Of a DNA stretch of 64,000 nt, positions 31,171 to 44,894 are shown piece by piece. The DNA comes from the human T2T-CHM13v2.0 reference genome, Homo sapiens. The stretch is taken from NCBI RefSeq assembly GCF_009914755.1, contig NC_060927.1; one strand, 5' to 3'. The translations under genes and the position numbers were made by a program. The notes beneath the pieces were generated by a model. That model searched no databases. It was given only the letters and a program-made list of their open reading frames with translations, and was not told the DNA's origin. The stretch's first letter is position 1. Each line of letters begins with the position of its first letter.

Positions 31171-32021
31171 AAAATTTCCACTTTCACTTTCCTGTTTTAA
31201 AGGTGGCTCAGATGGTGCTGATGTATACCACTGTAACCACAGAGCCCATATAGTTGTGTATGTCTATATGTGTGTTTGGTAGGGGGAATGGGATGCAGGT
31301 AAATCAGCCGTTCTTGTTCACTGTGCAATATGATCTGGAGTTAAGAATGTGTGTGTGTTTTAACTGCTGACCTTTAGACATGCATCAAATGAGACAGGAA
31401 ATGTTCATTTTCAGGGAGGTTTCGTGACACTGCAGAGCAACTGCTACAGGACTAACCCCATGTATTTGTTCCCCTGGGGACTGACACTTGTTTCTAACAC
31501 GGCGTCTGCTGGAAGAAGCCAGGGGTATCAAAAGAAATCAATCCCAGGCCTCCACCTACAACCATCAACATTCATATATATTTTTTAACTATTGGCACAG
31601 CACTCTGCTAGGGGATTTGGAGATTACAAATGAACGATACATGATTCCAAACTATTCCCAGGGAAGTTGTTCCAAAGAGACTGTCCTATAAATGTCTGTT
31701 AAAATGATAAACTAGAAATAAAAGACAGGATACTAACATATAACACCAAGCATGAAGTGAGAAAGTCATGCTGCTAATTTTGAGTAGAGAGCATAAGAGG
31801 AAGGAGAACAGGGCATCAGAGGAAACAATTGCTTTGGTGAGTGAGATTTGGAGACAGGTGGGTAAAAGGAATTGAAGCACATCTTCCCAACTGCCCTATA
31901 ATATAACTCCCCATTGGTACCCCTTGTGGGACATTATTGAAGGCATATCTTACCATCAAGACATTTTTGGAGTTGTATTTATGTACATTTTTGGATTGAC
32001 ACTGATCTCAAAGCAACCCTA

Positions 32022-33265
<1,244 letters not shown>

Positions 33266-33269
33266 TAAC

Positions 33270-34450
33270 AGACTTCACCCAGGTTCACCAGTTAATATGT
33301 GGCCCCATTTGCTTTATCATTCACTCTCTCATGTTTTTCTAAGCCATTTGAGAGTAAATTTCAGACATGATGCCCCTTTACCCCTAACTACTTCACTGTG
33401 TATTTTCTAAAAACAAAGACATAAGGTTACATAATGATTAAAGATAGAAAATCTGACATGATACAATGCTACTACGTAATGTACAATCTATATTCAAATT
33501 TTGCCAATGTCCCAATAATGCCTTTTATAGCTATTTTCCCCCTGATCAGAATCCAACCAAGGTGCATGCATTGCATTCTGTTGTCACATTTCATTAGCCT
33601 CCTTTATTCAGAAACTCCTCCTCAGTCTTTCTTTCTTGACCTTGACATTTTTCAAGAGTTACATGCCAATTATTTTGCAGAATGTCCCTCAGCTTGGATT
33701 TGTGTGATGCTTCCTCTTGATTAGATTCAAGCAATGCATTTTTAGCAGATTGTCCCAGAAGTGATTCTATATTCTCAGTGCATCATATCAGGAAACACCC
33801 AATGTCCTTTCATCCCATTATCAGTGCTACTACCTTTAATTAAATGGTTAGGATGGTATCTGTCAGGCTTCTCCATTGTAAAGGTATTATTTTTCCCTTT
33901 ATATTAGTAAGCATTTTGAGGGAGATATATTAGTGAGACTATGAATATATCCCATTCTTTATCAAACTGTCACCTACTAGTTTTAGTACCCATTGATGAT
34001 TTCCACCTGAATCAATTATCAATATGATAGTTGTAAAACTGATTCTATGTTAATGTTCAAATCGTCCCATATCTGGGGAGGAGGAGACCCTTCAAATTGT
34101 CCCAGATCTAGGCAGGAGGAGCTGTGTCATATTCTCATCATTCTCTGAGAACTTACTAACCTTCTGACCCTCAAGATGTTCCAGACTTACCTGGTATTTT
34201 CCCTGCCCCCGTAATTTCTTCAAGAATCCTTGATGACTTTTTGTGGGGCATCCGACTTAGAAACCCGAATCTCAATGTGTAGGTTTACTCATCACAACTA
34301 GGGAGTGATTCAGGCCCTTTCAGCAAATAGGTCAAGGAAGTATGTGCGCAGGTACATCGACATCTCCGATTCCAATCTAGCACCACAGTTTCTTGCTACT
34401 CTCCCAACAACTCTCTATTTATATCTCCCATCACCAACCACCTGAATTCC
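33270..34450 (-). mobile_element. L1MC-type 3' region
   Basis: cagacatgatgcccctttacccctaactacttc and related L1MC4/5 3'UTR motifs. Confidence 0.65.
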
Positions 34451-34755
34451 ATCATCCTGTGATAAAGTAGTTTCTGTATTGCACATGTACTTAAGGGTAA
34501 TTTACATTGGAATCCATTTATCAGGAGTCTTTTGTTAGAACAACAGAAACTGATTTGAGCTAACTTAATGCAAAGAAACTTTACTGGAAGATCAGGAGTT
34601 TGTAGAACAAAGAGTGAATGTAGCTAACCATAAGTGGAACTACTCTCATGGCTCGACCTGAGTGAGTAATTCCACTCTGAACCTGCCATTCTGCTCCATG
34701 TGTCAGTTCTAGGAAAGGGTGCATCTGACTGGCATGGCTTAGGTCACATGTCAAC

Positions 34756-35460
34756 TGTGGCTGCCACCCTCTAAGATGCTCCCCTGTCATCCCCACCACC
34801 AAGTATTCACACGTTTGTGCAGCCCCTTCCCACATGGCACCAGGGTTGGTCTATATGACCAAAAGCATGCAGCAGATGTGCTGGTTTGTCAAGTCCAAAA
34901 TTAGGTGGCTGTCATCTCCAGGCCCTCAGATCACTCACTCAGGGGAAACCCTGGCATGAGCAGCCCTACAGCCAGGCCCAGGTGGTAAGAAACTGAAGTG
35001 TCCTGACAATAGCCGAGTCAGTAAACTTGCAAACAGACTCCTTGTGCAGGCCCCTCCCACATTAAACCAGAGTTGGTCTGTGTGACAACAGCATACCACA
35101 GCAGAAGTGATGGTTTGCCATGTACACGATTAGGTGATAAGACAATGGCACGCTCACTCACATGTTCATCATCTGTCCTGGGGAAACCATGTTGTGAGCA
35201 GCCCTATGCAGAGGACTACATAGCCAGGAGCTACAGTCTACTGCCATTGGTCACATGGATAAGTGTGGAAGTGGATCCTACAGCCCCAGCCAACAGCATA
35301 ACTACACTCTCATGGGAAATCCTGAGCCAGAACCACCCAGCTAAGCCACTCCCAGATTGCTGGTGTGCAGAAGCTGTGTGTGAGATAATAATGTCTGTTG
35401 ATTGTTTTAGGTTTCCAAGATTTGGGGTAATTTGTTACACAGCAGTGGATAACTAATACA
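34756..35460 (+). mobile_element. MLT1F-like LTR with an internal duplication
   Basis: TGTGGC...GGATAACTAATACA termini; TSD tcaac/ccaac. Confidence 0.75.
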
Positions 35461-36321
35461 CCAACTCTGGCTATACCCAGCTGGGGAGACTTACCTTTGC
35501 TCTGATAAAAATAACATAAACGAGACTGTAGAGGTTCTGTTCAGAAATTATTAAGGAAAGACAACTTTTTCAAGTACCCTCAAGTGTGTTCATGATTTTC
35601 AGATACATCCATTTACATATAAATTGTTGTGTGAATTGTAAGCAATTTCATCTACTCATTAAAAGAGGTTTCCCTGAGGATTCCCACTGGTTAATGCTTT
35701 GCTTGGTTTCTGTTGGTGTATGTGTTTCAAAATAAAACCAATTTAAAAATATTCCATGATTCAGACTTTTGATCCATAAAGACAGGCTTTCCAAACAATA
35801 ACCTCGATATTATTCTGAATGTTTTCTGGACCATCCCTGTCATGCCATCTTCAACGTCGATGGCAGGAAAATTCAATTACTGGTGAGAACAAATGCTAAG
35901 GCGAAGTTTCATTTGTAAAATGCACAGACAGAACCAGTACCCAGAGAATCAAACTACCAGCAAGAGAGAAAGTTTTCAATCTACTACTTAAGAAAGCATG
36001 AATATGGAGAAGTGATTTAAATGATAAACCTAATTAAATGTTCATAACAAGAGCGTTGATTTCCCATAGGTAGTTGTATACAATTGTAAAATTAAATAAA
36101 TAGTAATTATAATGTCAGTAAAGTAGTATGAAACTTTAGCACTGAGTGAGCAGAAAAGTAAGGGCTGGGAAAGGTTGGAGGGGAGATCCTGTCTTTGGTT
36201 TCCAAATGCAAATCAGCAACTTTCAGTCAAACATTCCCTGACAGCTAATGACTAGCCATGAGCAGGGGCCAGGATGATCCTTTCACAGTTACCTCTCAGG
36301 AAATGTCCTCCCATTGGTCAT

Positions 36322-36698
36322 TGTCTCAGTCTGCTTGGGCTGCCATAACAAAATACCATAGACATAGACTGGGTGGCTTAAACAACAGAAAGGTATTTTC
36401 TCACAGCTCTGGAGACAGAGTCCAAACTTAAGATGTCAGCCTGTTCAATTCTTGGTGAGCGCTCTCCTCCTGGCTTGCAGTCACCTTCTTGCTGTGTCCT
36501 CACATGGAGGACAGAACAAACTCTGGTGTCTCTTCCCCTTTTTATAAGGACATCAGTCCTGTCAGATTAAGGCCATGCCCTTAAATGACCTCATTTACTC
36601 TTTATCACCACCTCACAGGCCCTCTCTCCAAATATAATCACATTTGGGGTTAGGACTTCAGCATATGAATTTTGAGAGGATACATTCAGTCCATAACA
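36322..36698 (-). mobile_element. MLT1A-like LTR
   Basis: gggctgccataacaaaataccatagac...attcagtccataaca. Confidence 0.85.
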
Positions 36699-37536
36699 AA
36701 CCATCATGCCTTGGTTAGATTACTAAATGACCCTTGAGAGTCTGTAATGAAAGCAGCTTTAAACCCCACTAAGAAAATGAAAAATATATGTGTCAGCAAC
36801 TTCTTGGAGCAGTCAAGAAATGATCTGGATGTTCAGTAATGCTATGATTTACTTAGAACTCTGTTGCTATATAACCATCCACAAGTACAAATGGATTATT
36901 TTCCATTCAAACTTAGAACTGGGCCACAGTGCCCTGAATTATCAGGTTGCCTGATCCAGAATTTTAATTATTTATACAGCACCAACTCTTGTATTTCACT
37001 GATTTTAAGATACATATTTTTTTCACCTTCTAACACATCAGGAGGTGACATAACTAATAGCACCTTACAATTATAATTGACACTGCTTTTCCTTCTTAGG
37101 AATACACATTATAGTGTTGTATCTCACAACTGATGGCATCTTAGATTTGATAAAATATAGGTTTTAGGTACTGTTTGAATTTTTTTTTTGTTACAAATAT
37201 CCTGTGCAATCTTATAAAAATGCTATGGGGTAGGTACTGTTTTTTACTCCGATTTTATCTTTAAGAAAATGTACAGAAATTAACTAATTCACCCAGGGCC
37301 TCATAACTAGAGATTGAGAAGAGGTGAGATTCAAACCAAAAGATGAAGGAAAGGTTCCCCTCTTGCTTTATAGCTTGTATTTTACCAAGTAGAGCCTAAA
37401 ATGGCATCTCCACCTCAGCAAGTCATGGGACATAGCTCAGTTTCCCACTGACAACATCTTTTTCAATGTGATGACAGTGTTTGTGTGATTCCATACAGTC
37501 TTTTTAGAAATTTGTGTATTGGTGACAGTGGACAAC

Positions 37537-37910
37537 TGATGTGGTTTGACTGTGTCCCCACCCAAATCTCATCTTGAATCGAAGCTCCCACGATTCCCAC
37601 GTGTCATGGGAGGGACCTGATGGGAGGTAATTGACTCATGGGCACATGTCTTTCCCATGCTGTTCTTGTGATAGTGAATAAGTCTCATGAGATCTGATGG
37701 TTTTATAAAGGGGAGTTCCCCTGCACACACTCTTGCCTGCTGCCACGTTAAGACGTGACTTTGCTCCTCCTTCGCCTTCTGCCATGATTGTGAGGCCTCC
37801 CCAGCCTTGTGGAACTGTGAGTCCATTAAACCTCTTTTCCTTTATAAATTACCTAGTTTCCTTCATAAATTACCATGTCTTTATTAGCAGCATAAAAATG
37901 AACAAATACA
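37537..37910 (+). mobile_element. THE1 (B/C-like) solo LTR
   Basis: TGATGTGGTTTGACTGTGTCCCCACCCAAATCTCATC...AATACA. Confidence 0.9.
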
Positions 37911-38091
37911 ACTATGATCTTTGAATAAGGATATATTTTTATTTCTTTGTAATTTCCTGGCACAGGAGGTAGGTACTCGGCAACAGGTACTTAAAGGTGC
38001 TCAAAGCCTGATGGCAGAAAATAAGGATCCAGTGTGAATGGCGCATAGAAATTGCTGCTTATAATTGTTTCAGCAGCTCGTGTTATAACAT

Positions 38092-38638
38092 TGTATTAGT
38101 TAAGGTTCTCCAGAGAAATAGGACCAACTGGATGTATACATGGAGAAAAAGAGAAGTATTTTAAGGAATTGTCCCATGCAATTATGGTAGTAGGCAAGTC
38201 CTAAGATCTGCAGTCTGCAAGATGGGGACTCAGGAGAGCCATTTGTCTAGTTTCAGTCCAAGTCCAAAGGCCTGAGAACCAGGAGAGCCAATGGTGTCAT
38301 TCCCATCTGAAGGTCAGCAGTCTTAAGGCCCAGCAAAAGCCAGTGTTTCAGTTCAGGTCTGAAGGCAGGAAAAGACTTATATCCCAGCTCAAAGGCAGTC
38401 AGGCAGGAAGAATTCTCTCTTACTCAGGGGTAGAGCAGCCTTTTTATTCTATTCAGGTCCTCAGCAGATTGGATGAGGCCCACCTACATTTGAAAGGGCC
38501 ATCTGTTTTACTCAATCCATTGATTCAAATGTTAATCTCATCCAGAAACATCCTCCCAGATACACTGGGAATAATTTTTACCAAGTATCTGGGTACCTCA
38601 TGGCCCAGTCAAGATAACACAGAAAAGTAACCATCACA
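38092..38638 (-). mobile_element. MLT2 (C-like) ERVL LTR
   Basis: tgtattagttaaggttctccagaga...aaccatcaca. Confidence 0.8.
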
Positions 38639-40139
38639 GATGTCTTACAACCATGTATGACATACAGTATTGTAGGATGGGAGAAAAATGAAAGCTGAAA
38701 TGCAAGAAACTAGCAGCTCTTGTTATAAACTTACTTACTTCTCTAAAAAGGTACAGGGGGGATGCCTTGTTCAATAAGCCTGGTACCAGAGAGTGGCCAC
38801 TTCAAGTAGATTCACTTAAAACAAAGATGAATTTTTCCTCTAAAACAGCAGGGGAACATAATGGTGTGGCGATCCATCTTGAAAACTGAAGCTAAATATT
38901 GAGAACATAACATGAGGCCCCTGCAATAAGTGAGAAGTTGCAGATGAAACTTCTCATATGGAGTTTACTTTAAGTTTTGAAGTGTGAATTGGAGCAGGCA
39001 AGACTGCGTTATCCAGAAATGGGGCTGCTCCTAGGAGGGAAACTGGACAAAGCAAAAAACAAAACACTGTCCCCTTCATGCTGTTAATCCTTTCAGTGGC
39101 TAAGCTACTTCCCTTCTGGCTTTGTCTGGGTGGGCAGATGGGGGGTAGATGGGTAGGTACTTATTTCTATTTATTTTACCAACTCTTACGTACAGCATAC
39201 TATGTGCCAGAGACTGTTCTTGGTGCTCTTTGAGACATATTTTTTAAGTGGGGAAACTTGAAACTGTTACTCGATTCCTTTCCACACTTCTGAAATTGCA
39301 ATCGGGTTGCATATTTTTTGTTCAAAAAAGAAGACTTAAAATACTGGCAGGGCTGTAACATGTGAGATGCCTGTTTCCTCATTCACCAGAATAGTTGATG
39401 TAGACACCATTAAAAGTGTTATGATAATCCTTACAACAAAAATTGATTGCTTCAGGACTGCTATAGAGGATGGATTAACTTTATCTGAAGAATAAATAGC
39501 TTAAATACATATCATTTTTTTCTTATTAAATATACTTTTAAGAAAAGTTTCAAACAATAGAAAAAATACCCATTTGTCCCAGTGCAGACAGGGCTTTTCT
39601 ATTGTGAAAGGGACAAAATACAAAACCACATCTGCAATAGAAGTTCTTCAGCTGAAACTACTTGAAAGCTAATAGAGACACAGAAAGCATCAGATTAGGG
39701 AGACTTTCTTTATGCTATTATTTCCCTTGCATCCTTCTCCTTTTGTTGAAATCCTTTTTCCCCTTCCTCCTCCTGCCCAGCACTAGAAAATACACCCTCA
39801 AAGAGAAGTCTCACACTCCACTGATCTTCTTAGAAGGCATCTGTTTGATTTGAGTGTGGTTTTCTGTATGGCATTTTCAGCCTATCTCTCCACGGGAGCA
39901 GAATAGAGGAAAGAGAAGGCTAAATACAAGATTTCATGAAATGAAAGCAGAAAATGAGGCCACAGATAGTGGCTTCCCTTGGCGAACATGCCCAGTATTC
40001 CTAGTTGCAGTTCTCTAGTAATTCTCAACTTTCTTCTCCTATCCCTATCCCAACTTGGCTTTTAATCAAGGAAGACATCGCAGTGTAGAAGACGATAGTA
40101 GCCATTTGATGGACAAACTTGGTAGTTTAGTTGTGAAGA

Positions 40140-41740
40140 CAAATATCCACTGAGGCCTTACTATGTGCCAGGGCCTCTGCCAGGTGGTGAGGATAGGACA
40201 GTAGAAGAGAGAGACCCCTGTGGTCTCAAAAAGTAGAGATGCCAAATGGAATTATCTGACTGTTCTCCTAAGATGGAAGTGGATTTATCGTTACCTGCTG
40301 GTAACAAAAGACAGGGTATTGAACTTAAGAGTCAAAAGAACTGAGCTGGAATACTAGCTTCCAGACTTAGGTAATTTGATTAAGCCTCTCAATCTTGCAT
40401 TTCGCATGTGTAAGTAGTACATGACAATTATGAAGTTTAAATAAAGTGCTTAAAGAACACAGTGAACTACTTGAAACACTGCAGATACTGAATAAATGCC
40501 TTTTGGCTTTTATTACATATTTATTCAATAATTATTTGCTAAATATTTACTCTTTGACAAGCACATGCTAATATAACACTGAACAAAATGAGCAAAAAAA
40601 AAAATCATCTTCCTTGAAGATCTTTCATATTTTAGTGACAGGAAAAACACAAAGCAAGAAAGGTGCAATTTAAAATAGGAAGAGCCTAAGAAACTAACAT
40701 TTGAGTACTGAGTGAGACATTAAAGCTGTTGAAAAGATAAAAGCCTTGCAAAATCTGAGGGGAAATGCCCTTGTGACTAGAGCTGTGTCAGAGCAGAAAC
40801 AATAAGGAGATGATGCCAGAAAGATAATGAAAGGTGTGTGGGTGATTACATGGGCCCCATGGATCATTATAGAGGCTTGGGCTTTTACTCAAAGTGGGCT
40901 GAGAAGCCACTGGATATTTTGAGCTTATAATGACTTAATGTGACATATATTTTAAAAGATTCTACTGTGATCAGAGCAGATTAAAGAGGGGCAAGGATGG
41001 AAGAAGCAGAGACACCAGCTCCTGCCACAGTAATCCCTGGAAAGCCGGTGGTGGCTTGGACCAATGTGGTAGCAGTGGAGGTAGGAAGAAGAGGTTGGAT
41101 TCTGGAAGTAGAGGCTTCTAGATGTGGAGATTCTGGATGTTAAGAGGCTAACTCCAAAGTTTCGGGTTTGAACAAGAATGGAGTCGTCCCTTAAATAAAC
41201 CAGAGAAAACAAGGAGCTTGGTTGTTAAATTTCATGTCTTAAATAGACAGGTAACTGAGAGAAGTCCAGATATTTAAGTCTGGAGTTCAAGAGAGAAATC
41301 TGGCTTTAGGAAAGACATTTGCTCATTATTGGCGTATGTATCTAGTATTAAAGCCATGAGACTAGATAAAATCCCAGAGGGAAAAACTGTAGCTAGAGGA
41401 TAAAGAAAAAGATTACCTCTATGTTAAGAGCTGGGAAAGCCATTGGTGGCCTTAATTTAAAAAAAAAAAAATGTAGCAGAAGAATGGAGGTAAATCTTGA
41501 TTGGAATGGGTTGGAGAGAGAGCAGAACTGAGAAATTGTAGACAATAACTATAATGACTATTTGAGAAATGGTGTTATCAAGGCAAGGAGAGAAATGAGA
41601 ATGCCACCAATAGGATAGACAGATGTTAGCCGGGATTTTTAAGATGTGGGAAATTACAACATATGTGTATGCTATGGGGGAAAATCTCATAGAGATGTCT
41701 GAATAGGTAGAAGGAAATGGGTAGAGCATCAAAGGAAAGG
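40140..41740. mobile_element. Cluster of L2 and MIR fragments
   Basis: cttactatgtgccagg, gaagccactggatattttgagc and gaactgagctggaatactagc motifs. Confidence 0.6.
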
Positions 41741-42010
41741 CTTTATAGGAGCATAGATGGCTCATTTACAGTCTTCCTCTCCCCAGTTTTTGATACAGCC
41801 GATGGTCTATTTGCAGGGTATGGTTTTTGCTATGCACTTCTTAAATTCATCAGAATAAAGTATGCCTTGCCCACATAAAACTAGTCCCCACTCAACACCA
41901 GGTGCTGTCCTGTTAAGTCTGTCTATCTCTCAGTGACTGTCTAAAATATCCTATGATGCAAATATTACAAAAGATGAAGAATCTCATGAAGTCAATAAAA
42001 GTGATGTTGG

Positions 42011-42312
42011 GGCCGGGCACAGTGGCTCACGCCTGTAATCTCAGCACTGTGGGAGACTGAGACAGGCAGATCACTTGAGGCCAGGGATTCAAGACAAGCC
42101 TAGCCAACATGGCAAAACCCGTCCCTGCTAAAATTATGAAAATTAGCCGGGTGTGGTGGCACATGCCTGAAATCCCAGCTACTCAGGTGGCTAAGGCATG
42201 AGAGTCACTTCAACCCAGGAGGTGGAGGTTGCAGGGAGCCGAGATCATGCCACTGCACTCCTGCCTGGGCAACAGAGCGAGACTCCTTTTTTTCCTTTTT
42301 CTTTTTGAGACA
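42011..42312 (+). mobile_element. AluJ-like element with an inverted tail
   Basis: Full dimer; the 3' GTCTC+poly(A) is present as its reverse complement; TSD core AGTGATGTT. Confidence 0.9.
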
Positions 42313-43121
42313 CAGTGATGTTTGAGAGCTGCTTGAACACCATTCATAGCTATTAACTGAGAATTTGGCAGATTTAGGTCAACAATTGAAGATGAGAAAG
42401 TCAACTGAAATATTCAAAAGAGAGTGATTTAAGTAGCAAAGGCCTAAAGAGAGACCTTTAGGAAAATTGGTGAAGCTCTTGAATGCTTTTGTGAACATCC
42501 ATGATCATGTGGCAAAAGGCAATTGTAAAATGGAGGATGATATATTAGACTATATTACATTATTTCCCTTGAAAAGCCATGTAGCAAAATCCAGTCTAAG
42601 AATTATATCCCAGCTCTCTTTCCCTTTTCCACTCAGAGCCTTCTTCCTACACCAAAAAGATATAATGTATTTCCTAACTTTAATATATTTCAAGGAAAAT
42701 TTCTCATCTGCTTGGAACACTCTGTCTTTGTGAGATTAACTATTATTGTTCGATTCTAATAGATATTACAAGAAAAGTTATTCAATGGGTCAAAAATCAA
42801 CACAAAAAAATACTATATTCTAACCAACATTCCTCAGGCGCTTACCTTACTTTTTAAGATATCTAAAAACCTCCCAAGCTCATCACTTCTAATAAGTCTT
42901 AAAATTTGTCTTCCCTTACTACTCAAAACACTACCTTTTCTAAGGACTTTCCTTTTGTCAGTTTTCTTAATCAGAAGTCTACTATCTGTTTACCACTTTT
43001 TTTCTAATAATATCATAGATTTGAAGGTTCATAATATCTCAAGATGATAAACACCATGGAATAAATGCTCTGAGGGGATCTCATCATTAGGTAAACCTTG
43101 GTCTTTAGTATGTATGACAGA

Positions 43122-43123
<2 letters not shown>

Positions 43124-43166
<43 letters not shown>
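43124..43166. repeat. (AC)~21 microsatellite
   Basis: Seen directly. Confidence 0.97.
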
Positions 43167-43168
<2 letters not shown>

Positions 43169-43314
43169 AGTATGCATACACTGAACTAGAAATAGCTCCC
43201 TAAGAGTTAGTTGATTTAAATAAATAACATATACTTTCAAATGTTATACTGAGATACAACTTACTTCTTAGTGAACCTAATCCACTTATATTTTGTAAAT
43301 ATTCCATCAAACTG

Positions 43315-43724
43315 TGTTATGAACGGTACTGAATTTGTCCCCTACAAATTCATATGTTGAAACCCTAGCCCTCAGTAGGATTGTATTTGGAGATAGAGCT
43401 TTAGTGGGGTAATTAAGGTTAAATAGGTCATAAAGGTGGGGTCCTAATCTGATAGCACAAGTGTCCTCAGGGGAAGAGACATCAGAGAGCTCATTCTTCC
43501 CCATACCCACACAGAGAAAGAGGCTATGTGAAAACATAGCAAAAAGACAACCGTCTGCAAGCTAGGAAGAGAGCCCCCACCAGAAACTGAATTGCCAGAG
43601 GTCCAAGATCAACAACTTCTTGAAGTTGTCAGACTTCTAGCCTCTAGAACTATAACAAAATAAATTTATTTTGTTTAAGCTGTCCAGACTGTGGTATTTG
43701 TAGAAGCCCCCACTGACTAATACA
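43315..43724 (+). mobile_element. MLT1A/MST-like MaLR LTR
   Basis: aaattcatatgttgaaaccctag...gactaataca. Confidence 0.8.
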
Positions 43725-44894
43725 CTGTCACTTAGTAATTATAACTTCATAGGCTGAAAAAAGGTGAAATGATTCGTATTAGGGAGTATCACAGTGGAAA
43801 AATAATTGAGCAAAACAAATCACTCGTGTTTCTGAAGAGTCTCTCTCTGTGTGCTTATATATGTAGTAAATTGGCTTTTTAGCCTAATTCATTTTCGATC
43901 ACTGGGAAATATCATGACTCTCATCCCTGTTGCAATGGACTGTACTGGGCACTCCAGTTCCTGTTTGTCTGGCTCTGGTTTTACTATTGCCTAGTGCTTG
44001 TAAAGGTTTCAAACTCAGCAGGGCCACTAGTGGAGAGGAAATCAAATGAAGTGGCTCCCCATGCTCAGTCCATCACAATGAGTACCTTGCTTCTGAGAGA
44101 GCATAGTTGCAAAGACACAGAAAAGAATGCAAAAAACTCTCCATTTGGAGGCAGTTGACAAGCAGGGCACTGACACTGCCCTTCACTGACATCCTCCCTC
44201 TACCCTAATCATCCCCCTTTCCCAGCATCCCTGAAAAAGCAGAGTGACAGCCAAGTGTGTGGTTAACCAAAAGACAAAGAAGCCAGAAGGAGCAGTGAAA
44301 TTGCTTGGGTTCAGTTTCAAAGAACTGTTAAAAAAAACTATATATATCATATTTAGAATAAAGCCAAATGGAGAGTTAGAAGATAAAAATAAACAAAAGG
44401 ACTTGTTTTAGTCCTTATAAGTCCTTTTCAATATGTGCATTTGTGATTTCAGCAACATTTCATCCACAGTTGGATAGATTTCTTATTTGTTCTTCTACTA
44501 AATTTGTATGCAGGACCATCTCGTGAACAAAACTAAATAAATCTCTGTATGTATAATGTAGAAATTGGTGATAAGTTTCTACTTGTACATTTTAAATATA
44601 AAAAGTATATTTGTATTGTTAACATCTTCCCTTAGGAAATTTTGTTCTATTTTAGCCCTAAGTAAAATAGGCTCCAGCAATAAGCTGCATTTTTTTTTAT
44701 CATAACCTAAACAATATTTTAGGTGTTAAACTCTCTTACAAATGCTATTTTTGTTTACACACTATACATGTCATTAAGTATCTAAGTCCAGAATTAAAAT
44801 ATGAGAATGCTACTCTCATGTGGCACCATGAATCTCTCTTTAATAGCACTTAGCAGTACCAGATTTCAATTGATTTTTAAATTTCTAATTCTAA

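Noticed and set aside
44395-44428. Short hairpin AAAAGGACTT...AAGTCCTTTT
   Set aside because: A 10-bp stem is expected by chance or from local slippage and is too short for a pre-miRNA.
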